Below, in pieces: positions 54,233 through 64,000 of a stretch of 64,000 bases of DNA. Each line of letters starts with the position of its first letter. The stretch's first letter is position 1. A program made the position numbers and the translations under genes. Origin of the DNA: Eledone cirrhosa (taxonomy: Eukaryota); contig OZ024741.1 in the NCBI GenBank assembly GCA_964016885.1, positions 60,822,001 through 60,886,000 of the forward strand, in the 5' to 3' direction. The notes under the pieces are model-generated. The model was given only the letters and a program-made list of their open reading frames with translations, was not told the origin of the DNA and searched no databases.

Positions 54233-55170
54233 CTTGTCTGTCACCCAGACATACAAGTCTCGAACGACGAGCAAGTTGTTAGTTCGAATCTGGTGCACAG
54301 TTGTGTCAGTTAATGAGTATTAAAAAATATTCTAAAGGAATCCAGACAGCAGCAAGTCTTCAGAAAAGCAATATTCATGGGTTTCGACATTTCTCCGGGA
54401 GAACGGGTGGCCAATCACAATATTTCTAATCACATATTGAATGATTGGAGGACCTTAGCATATAATAATAGTGATTTCTACAATAGGCACAAGGCCAGCA
54501 ATTGAGGGAGGGGAAAGTCGAGTAGATCTTTACAGTGGATTACTGGTACTATTTGCAATAATGTAGGGTCAACACATGCCTTGTGAGGGAAATTGGGTAA
54601 ACGGAAAATATTCAGAACCCGTTGGATGGACTATGCTGTATCTGTAATTCAAAAGATCAAATTTGTCACACACTATCACGTACAATCTTCTTAAAAATTA
54701 CGTTAAGAGTACACGTGTCTGTTGAATGTTCAGTCAATTACACGTTAATTTCACAAGTAGGCTATTCAATGTATCGAAGAACTGGAAGTCACATTGTCGA
54801 AGCTGTCGGCTACCCATGTTGTAATTTGGAAAACCTCGAATGCAGCTGATCGTCAGATCGGAGCAACAGCACAATGTTTTCGTTAGTCTTTTTATCGCTG
54901 ATATTGTCTGACGCTCGCAACGCCTAACTGGAAGTGCCACGGGCTATAGATTATTTTAGTCAAGAACACAGCGTGTCGCGCAGTTAGAAATCAAACACAT
55001 ATGTTTATGTACGTGAGTCTAACACCCTAATAACTAGGCCACGTGCAATTTGGGCATACATTTAAATAAAGGTTTCTGATTTAAGCACAAGGCCAACAAT
55101 TTTGGGGAAGGGAAAGTCAAATAAATTGATCCCAGTGCGTTAATGGTGCTTTATTTTGCATTTAAATAAT

Positions 55171-55356
55171 TGTTTATACTTTTTGGCACAAGGCTTGCAA
55201 TTAACCAGTGCATTACTGGTACATTATTTTATCGACCCCGTAAGGATGAAAGGCAAAGTTAACCTCGGCGGGATTCGAACTCATAATGTCAAGGGCCGTA
55301 ACTCTATGCATCAAAGCATAACGTCCGACCTTCTACCGATACTGCCAATCCAGCGC
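55171..55356 (-). mobile_element. tRNA-derived SINE with a 19-bp TSD
   Basis: Same family as 23621. TSD tattttgcatttaaataat at 55152-55170 and 55357-55375. Confidence 0.88.
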
Positions 55357-55661
55357 TATTTTGCATTTAAATAATGTAAGAACCATTTTATCCTACTGCT
55401 AACCCACTCAATACAATAAGCCAGCATCTTTGATACCTCAATTGGTTCCCAAAGCACCACGTTATTTAACTGGTTTCAGTCATTAGACTTCAGCCACGCT
55501 GAGACACTGCCATAAGGAGATTTAGTCCATCATATTGTCCCCAGTATTAATGTGCTCATGCTTGGTATTTAATTTATCGATCGCATTCTAGGCGAACAGC
55601 TAAGTAAACAGAGACAGCAAAAAATAAAACTCTCCCTCCATCACTCACTCACTCACTCACG

Positions 55662-55737
<76 letters not shown>

Positions 55738-56473
55738 TACATACATACGTTTTTGCATTCTCTACCAAATTTCGATCCAAGACTATAGAAGGCACTTGCC
55801 CATGGTGCCATGCTGTGGGTATGAACCAAAAACCTCGTTGTTAAGTGTGTGTGTAGCAATACAACCTATTAAGCAGTCTTTAGTTACTGTAGGTTTCGTG
55901 TCTTAAATAGTGATTATTAAAGAAACTCATTGGGCGTGAAGTATTTAAAACAAACATGATGTTTAAATGTTACCTCGAGGATAAATATATCACTGTAATT
56001 TTCTTTTGCAGAATTAGTATGTTAAGTCAATTGTCTAGACTGAAATAAAACAATAAAGTAGAAAATATACATCACGAATACTAGTTTGATTTGACTAACA
56101 CACTGGAATCATTTGAGAATTGTTAAAGAGTTAACGGTACCATACGTAGGTTTTATAAATTAGAAGAATTTGTGAAGTGTTTAGATACAACAGGAAATTA
56201 CACCTGGACAGTGAAAAGTAAAAACAAAAACGATACACTCTGGTAAGATGTTACACTCACTTAAATTCTAGTGCATGACTAATTAACAACTAATTAAGAC
56301 ATAAAGCCTGTAGTAGCTAACATATAATCAATAATTTGTTTTGGTTTTATATGTATACATATATATATATATTGTGTGTGTGTATGTGTGTGTATGTGTG
56401 TGTGTGTATTATATATCTGTCTATATATTACATATGTTAGTATATGTGTGTGTGCCTCTGTGTATGTATACAT

Positions 56474-56575
<102 letters not shown>

Positions 56576-59235
56576 GCATCTCCGCGTCTCCAACCTAGAC
56601 GCTGATATAGTATGCCTTCACGGGACACACAATGAATTGGTGCCGCCAAGAATACCAGGCATGCACCTAATTATTTCTCACCCGAGCCCAGTCCATGGAG
56701 GTGCAATATACGCACGTGACAAATCTGCTATCCAAAATAGCAGAGACCTCTCCTACGGAGGGCTGGAGATCCTGCAAGTAGACACAGAACACCTAAACAT
56801 TGTGTCGGTATATAAACCTCCACCAACCCCCTTCATGTGGCCACTGTATGGAAGCTTGGTAACAAGGCATGCCTTGTTGTTGGAGACTTTAATAGCCACA
56901 ATACCACCTGGGGTTACAACCACACTAATAATTGTTTCTACCTTTGGCACAAGGCCAGCAAATAACCAGTGTATTACTGGTACTTTATTTTATCGACCCC
57001 GTAAGAATAAAAGGCAAAGTTAACCTCGGCGGGATTTGAAATCAGAATGGCAAGGACCGTAACTCTCTGCGTCAAAGCATGGCGTCCGACCCTCTACCGA
57101 TACTGCCAATCCACCTCACTAATAATGACGGGGAAGCAGTGGAGGAATGGGCCATTACCCGCGACCTCACAATCATGCACGATGCAAAAGATAATGCATC
57201 CTTCCAAAGCGGATGCTGGAGGAGAAGATATAACCCCGACCTAGCTTTCGTATCATCTAGACACTACCAGAATTTTGACAAATTAATTAGTGACCCAATA
57301 CCCAAGTCCCAACACCGGCCGAAGGTCATCGAAATAAAACCTGTTATCAGACCACGAGAGACGGTGCCTAAAGCCAGGTTTAACTTCAGTAAGGCTAAAT
57401 GGGAGAACTTCACATTAGACCTAGATGCTGGGATCCCCAACATCCCTCCAAACCCATTGCAGTATGACGACTTCCAAACACTGGTGTGGGAGGCCGCAAA
57501 GAAGAATATCCCAAGAGGTTGCAGGAAGTCTTACATCCCAGGACTCAATGAGCAAAACAAAGAAATGTACCAGGAGTACGTCCAGGCGTATAATGACGAC
57601 CCATTTGCCATAAACACCATAGAGCTCGGAGAGATCCTGACAGCCTCGATCAACAATGAAAAGAAAGAGCGCTGGCAAGAGGTCATAACCAACATCAATA
57701 TGACTCATAACAGCAAAAACGCCTGGGCAACCATAAAAAAATTAAGCTCTGAAAAGAAACCACAACCAAGAATAGCTGCTGTTATCCCAAACGAAGTGGC
57801 ACACCTACTGCTACTCAACGGTAATCCCAAGAATAGAGAAAGGGGATAACTAAGAGAAACGAAACAGGACATGAACCGTGCCATGCACTACTCTGACGAA
57901 ACCTTTGAATTATTTAACATGGAAGAGCTGCATGCAGCTATGAAACACCTTAAACCCGGGAAGGCAGCCGGCCTGGATGGCATCACAGTAGAGGGGATAC
58001 TGCACTTTGAAGAAATGGCAAAAACGTAGCTCCTGTCACTCTTTAACAACTGTGCATCAGCCTGTAAAATACAAAGGATATGGAGAAGAGCTAGAGTGGT
58101 GGCTCTCTTGAAGCCATGCAAAGACCCGGCATCTCCAAAGAGCTACCGATCAATATCCTTACTGTGCACCATTTACAAACTATACGAGCGCATGATCATG
58201 GCTCGCTTGTCCTCTACTGTAGAAGAACAACTATCTCCAGACCAGGCTGGCTTTCGACCCGGCCGATCATGCTGCGGTCAAGTACTGAACCTGACTCAAT
58301 ACATCGAGGATGGATTTGAGGCCAAACAAATTACCGGCGCAGTCTTTGTCGACCCCACAGCTGCCTATGACACCGTGAACCACAGAGCAGTTCTTTTAAA
58401 AGTGGCCCAAACAGTTCGGAACACCACTGCAGTCCGCATAATTGAGTCACTGCTCATTAATCGGCGAATTTTTGTTGAGATGGGTGGCAGGCCAAGTAGG
58501 TGGAGGGTCCAGAACAACGGACTCCCACAGGGCTCTGTGCTAGCCCCTATGTTGTTCAACATTTACACAAATGACCAGCCGCAGTTCCACAATATTCGTA
58601 GATTCTTATATGCGGATGATCTCTGCACCGCAACACAGTCAGGGTCCTTTGACACAATCGAGGAAAGACTATCAAATGCCCTGACAACTCTCTCTGCATA
58701 CTACAAAAAAATGGTACCTTAACGCTAATGCCAGCAAAAGGCAGGTGTGTGCCTTCCATCTTAACAACCACCAAGCAAACAGAAAATTAAAATCAGAGGG
58801 GGCAACAATGAACTGGAAAATCACCCTCATCCAGTTTACCTCGGAGTTGCCCTTGATAGAACGCTCTCTTTCAAACAACATATAGACAAACTTAAAAGTA
58901 AACTGGCAACTAGAAATAATCTCCTCATCAAACTAACCAACACCAGCTGGGGTGCAGATCTCATAACACTGAGGCAAACAGCACTGGCACACTGCTAGTC
59001 CTCCGCAGAATATTGTTCACCAAGATGGGCAAGGTCGTGCCATGCAAACAGAGTTGACCCAGATTTGAACAAATCATGCCGGATGATCACCGGAACATTA
59101 AAACCAACTCCCCTTCCTGACGTATATACTCTTGCCGGCATTCCACTGCCCCACATACGACGAGAGGTCAACGCAAAAACTGAACGGTACAAACAACACG
59201 ATCGCAGGCATCCACTCTATGGCCACCAGAAAATA
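56576..59235 (+). mobile_element. Degenerate Vingi/Ingi-like LINE (APE + RT)
   Basis: VSVYKPP, VGDFNSH..WGY, SFQSGCW..YNPDL, PKSQHRP, QAGFRPGRSC, GLPQGSVLAP, FLYADD and CRMITGTLKPTP..LAGI..P.IRR. Confidence 0.88.
56933..57116 (-). mobile_element. tRNA-derived SINE nested in the Vingi-like LINE
   Basis: TSD cactaataat at 56923-56932 and 57117-57126. Removing the SINE rejoins WGYNHTNNDGE. Confidence 0.9.
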
Positions 59236-59486
59236 AGTCTTTTCTTCTTCTTCCTTTTCTTCCTTCCCCCTTCTTCTTTTTTCTGGTGGCATGATATTAA
59301 CGCTGACTTATCTTCCTCTCCCTTTCTGTTTTCCTCTATTTGACCGGTAGTAGCACACTATAAGCTTTAGCCACCTTACTTGAGGGCGACCGGCAAAGGT
59401 GGAAGATGTTGGATGGCGGTCGTCCTCCGGTCTTTGATTTTCAGCCCCATGGATTTTATCTATTACATTCATTTATTATATTTCGA

Positions 59487-59544
59487 ATACCTGATGATAT
59501 CACCGGATTCATACGGAACCCGGTAATTGAAATGATCATAGTAT
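59487..59544 (+). ncRNA. Type I hammerhead in a solitary non-coding segment (about 59236-59620)
   Basis: atac-CTGATGA-tatc accgg attc..gaac ccggt aatt-GAAA-tgatca-TA-gtat, overlapping a downstream AATAAA. Confidence 0.85.
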
Positions 59545-60039
59545 AATAAACCTTTCAAGGATTTACACAAGTCCAGCCTCCTGTCATTTCATTATAATAT
59601 TCAACTCTGTACTAGTGTGTGATGCTCAGTTTTTCGAATTTACTAAGCGCCGAGGAAATAATTTAAGATGTAGATATCTCAGACGCAGAAAATAAGTGCA
59701 ATTGCAGTCAGTTGCTATAAAATTGCTTGTAAAAATCGGATAATTACTTTTAGCGACGTGAAAATGTTGCAAGGAGCTGCTACTACGTATCAAACTCCGT
59801 ATCTCCCAGATACCGAATAGGTGTTCTAACAATTGAGCTAATGGAGTCTTAAGATTAGCGTTTGGTGCAGATGAAAATATAATTAATTCACTGTTAATAT
59901 TAAAAATTAATTCCATTTTCGATGTAAACACATTGACAATACATCAAATTATACTTCAGGAAAAATAAAAATTGCTAAAATTAGTGTGTCTGTTTACATT
60001 GACAGAAATGACAGAAATGACAGGATGTCATAGATGCTA

Positions 60040-60710
60040 GGTTTATCAGCTATGTTTTCTAGAAACTTCGGAACACCATTCTTTATGACACCGGAATTAC
60101 TACCGGAATAGTTTGTGTTTTAAGGTGTCACATTCTGTTTATCACAACTTCTAGATCTTTATATCTCAGCAAGTTTCTGATACTCTTTTGCTGACACATT
60201 TCTGTCAGACGGTACAGTCATGTCAATGTGTAAGTAAGTCTTGGTTTTGTTTTTTAATCTTTAATAATGATTTCTACTATAGGCACAAGGCCAACAGTTT
60301 GGAGAAGGGGAAAGTCGATTAAGTCGACCCAGTCCATGACTGGTACTTTATTTTATCGACGCCGTAAAGATGAAAGGAAATGCTAATCTCGGCTGAATTT
60401 CAACTCAGAACGTAAAGGGTCGTACCTCTATGCCACAAAGCCTATTGTCTGACGCTCTACCGATACTGCCAATCAGGGTGGTTTGCATTAATAGTGTGGT
60501 CTGTGTGAATGGTAAAGTCCCAAATGATTGTTAATCCTTCAGTCTCAGTAACTGGTTGTGGTTTGTGTTTATACCAGTTTAATGCATGTTCTGAATTGTA
60601 TTTTTTGCATATTATCCAGTGGATATATTGCCCCACCATATCATGTATAATCTTATATTCAATTTATGCTAGTATGGGGACATGCTGATATTATATGATC
60701 AGTTGTATTA
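60040..60710 (-). mobile_element. R4/Dong-like LINE C-terminal remnant (restriction-like endonuclease), interrupted by a SINE at about 60265-60473
   Basis: HDMVGQYIHWIICK.Y..WYKH.P..V.E..IIWDF.I.TD..I.AN.PD, then IDMTVPSDRNVSAKEYQK. Confidence 0.75.
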
Positions 60711-60738
60711 TTATTATTTTTATTATTACTTATGCTAT

Positions 60739-60923
60739 TGGCGGTGAATTGGCAGTATGGGTAGAGGGTTGGACGCCATGCTTTCTAGCATAGTTACGTC
60801 CCTTTACAGTCTGAGTTCAAATCCCGCCGAGGTTAACTTTGCCTTTCATCCTTACAGGGTCGATAAAATAAAGTACCAGTAATGTACTGGGTAATTGCTG
60901 GCCTTGTGCCTAAAGTAGAAACA
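60739..60923 (+). mobile_element. tRNA-derived SINE with a 17-bp TSD
   Basis: ggcggtgaattggcagta head and gagttcaaatcc B box. TSD attattacttatgctat at 60722-60738 and 60924-60940. Confidence 0.9.
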
Positions 60924-60944
60924 ATTATTACTTATGCTATAGAA

Positions 60945-61590
60945 ATCATTTGAAATACATTTATATTTTTGGCATGATTCTAGCTTTTTTATTAGAATTA
61001 GTGGGTTTACGTTCTACAGCATTATAGCAAGTGTTAATATTGGAGGTGTTCTTCCTATTAGTATTACTAGGGTTAAATTGAATTTTATCGTGATAACCAG
61101 ATCTATACAATGCTTCATTATAGTATTGTGCATTCAGGTCAACTATCACACCATTAGAGGATAGTTTAGTTATTCTATTAGATACATTATTGTTGATAGA
61201 TTTGATAATGGACTTGGAGTGATTAGAGAATTTACTAACATGGAAAATTTGTTCAGCAGGCTTATGAAAAGCTTTATGTAAGCCCGTGTTCAAGTAAAAT
61301 GTTACATCTAGACAATTTACACTTTTTGTATTGATAACAATAGATATAATTTTAAAAGAAACTATGTAGCTGTTTCTTAGTTATCTGTAGGTTACTATTA
61401 TTACAATTAATCGTAAAGCCGGTGTCATCGCAATAGAGACCCCCATTCAAGGCGTTGGGGGATAATATTTCTAAATCTTCTCATAAGGACAAAGGACATG
61501 ACCTACTAAATTAGCGACCTGAACTAAATTACTCGACCCCATAGTAACATAGAAAATATCAGGACGAATTTTTTCTGGTCCAGAGACTAC
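60945..61590 (-). mobile_element. Old Naiad-like PLE RT/thumb fragment
   Basis: FYVTMGSSN..QVANLVG, GLYCDD, LDVTF and FHKP..SNH..RI..LSS..YYNEAL..SGY. Confidence 0.8.
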
Positions 61591-63615
61591 TATCAAATTC
61601 GATTGTTCCATTGACAAAGGAGTTGCAAAGTTGACCTCGACAATATTTGAACTCAGAACATAAAGATCCTTAACTAATAACTACGAGGCTTGTTTTCGCC
61701 CCATGAAAATATAAATATTTGACAAAAGGTTCACAGCGTTAATTAGTTTAAACGTAATGAATAACCAGATATTTCCAGAAACAACTCTGAAATACATTTG
61801 GATAAGATAGATACTCCGTAAATTTCGACGATGAGCCTTCAGTTGTTGGATCAATTAAAGAGCCAACTCATAATTCGCAGAGTATTCCACAGACACGTGT
61901 ACATTTAATTGTAATCTTCCGACAGAATCAGCATGACAGAATATGTGACAATACTGGACCTTTGGTTTAGAGGTACAATTCATATTGTATATAGTGTAAG
62001 TGGTTGAAAATTGCACAGGCGCTTTTACTGCGAACGTAATCCAGAAGCCTAGTGTATGACATAAGACAAAGCTGAACCTTTCAATTATTGGTACAATCAA
62101 TCAGCCGAATCGAAAAGGAAGCCCATGGTTGCGAAGCAAACTATTTAAACTCTTAGCCATATCTTCGTCCACTACGTGGATATATCTCTTAATATCTAAT
62201 ATTGATTTGCACACACTCACCCATGCGCACTCACACACGTACACACACATTCGTACGTATGTAAGCACACATACATATGCACGCTCGCACAGATACGCTT
62301 GTAAGTCAGTAAAAGACGGACATACGCTTTATAGATCCATGTAAAAGAAATTAAAATATTAAATAAATAAGTAAATAAACACCGCTAGTATCCATTGATT
62401 GCACAGGGAACCTTTATAATTATTGATTAGAAACACTACAAAAAGAGAGTGTTTAATATCGATGTCTTGTAATATTTAAGACAATCGATTTGATCAATCG
62501 ATGAATATCCCTTGTCAGTTTCAAAAAAATCAATGCTGGAATTCTGCCAGAAATTTTTCATACGAGGTGTTTATCCTCTGACATCCGAGTCGAAGCTAAT
62601 GACATATAATTTGATTTTAGTGCCACAACGAGGCCTGGTATTTATATCTTTTTGTCTATCTTGTCAGTGTGTATATATTTATCTATATATATTTGCGTAT
62701 ATATTTATGTGTATATATTTGTGTGTATATATTTGTTTACTACTTTGATTTAATAACCAGTAACATAATCACTCTGCGTTTCTTCATCAAAGCAAAAATC
62801 CATCCATTGCCAACAATGAAAATCAAATATAGAAAGCGAATGCTACAAATCCTTAGTGAGAAATTAGTCTAAAGTAAGAAATATTTGGCAAGGAATTATG
62901 TATAAACCGATCGATTAAACTTCTATATTGTGCAAATTATGGGAAGGTATAATCGACAGAAATTTAAATGTACTCGTAGACAAGTTGTTTAACATGTTAA
63001 GGCATTTCATAATTGTATACACATGACCGGATGATTAAAAGTCAGCTTCCCAATCTTTAGATTCTAAGTTCGACCTCACTGCGTGTCATGTTGAACAAGT
63101 GTCTTTTACCAGACCCTCTGGTCAACCCATACCTTGTAATATAGTGTGACATGCTGAACCACCCCACTGACACCTAGGTTAAGACTGCATGTGCCTGTGG
63201 GGTGCGTAGCCACTTGCATGTTAAATTGATGAGTAGGCTGTTCTATTAATCAAACAACTGGAATCCTCATTGTCGGTAGAACAACTCACACATACTTAGC
63301 GTAATGTGTTATTTAATCAATCGGCGCTAGTGCACGCAGGATAGAACACTCAATGAAGTATACATGTATGTCTGCATTCTCCTAAGTATAGATATAATAA
63401 TGAAGTAGTAGTCAATAGGTTCAGATTTACCTCGTTTATTCATTACACAATCGCACTTATATGTATTTTATTAACTGTTATGTAACAGTTACGACCTCAC
63501 AGACAGTTATTAAGTGAGCAGAAAGTTACATGAATAAATATAACAATAAAAATCAGTCATGTTGTTTCCATTCATTGATATGCCATGGAATGATTATTGA
63601 TATATACATATATAT

Positions 63616-64000
63616 ATAAATGGAAAACATGAAATTTCATTTCTCACTCTTAGCACGGCTGATACTTAAATATAAGTATGTATACGTACATACATATATG
63701 TATCAGACGTACAGTAGTATGTATATACATACATACATGCACACACACATATATATGTACGTATGGGTTTACCTAACATTTATTATAATGTTCGGTTTGT
63801 TTGTAAACAAACAGCCCGAATTAAGCCGTACAGTGTTCGGCAACCATCGTTGCCCTTTTGTTCAACACTGACAAAGAAACGATGAACTAGTTTCTAGCTT
63901 CTTAGCTGTCATCAGCACCGTATACCTTCCTGTCAATCGATTGAACGTTTGAAAGTATATACTTTGAAAGTATATACCTTCCTGTCAATCGATTGAACGT
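63616..64000 (-). repeat. Diverged copy of the array B unit, with a hammerhead at 63879-63921
   Basis: Collinear with 18995-19380. Motif: acggtg-CTGATGA-c agct aaga agct a-GAAA-ctag-TT-catcgt. Confidence 0.85.

Noticed and set aside
56000-56250. Host exon between ttttcttttgcag and gtaag
   Set aside because: The frames I checked contain stops, and the segment overlaps a dispersed repeat.

Overview
This is a gene-free, AT-rich animal genomic window. It is probably octopus or another coleoid cephalopod, inferred from the SINE families and not verified. It consists of long (TA)n-type microsatellite arrays packed with retroelements. These include about 9 Penelope-like element (PLE) pieces (Neptune-, Naiad-, Nematis-like and one unassigned), three CR1/L2-group LINEs, RTE, Vingi and R4/Dong-like LINE remnants, tRNA-derived SINEs with target-site duplications (TSDs), a hAT-type MITE and a decayed hAT-like transposase. 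The many long Y/I-repeat ORFs are microsatellite artefacts. The most notable signal is RNA-level and invisible in the ORF track. I read about 20 type I hammerhead ribozyme (HHR) motifs belonging to about 10-13 different sequence families. Some sit in PLE 3' ends (pLTRs). Others sit in three different non-coding tandem 'retrozyme-like' arrays with units of 310 bp, about 464-514 bp and 689 bp. Several have non-canonical cores or greatly extended helix II, and several are folded into palindromes. The picture is a (TA)n-resident ecosystem of PLE helpers and ribozyme-carrying non-autonomous passengers. All structures were paired by eye; no folding or database search was run.
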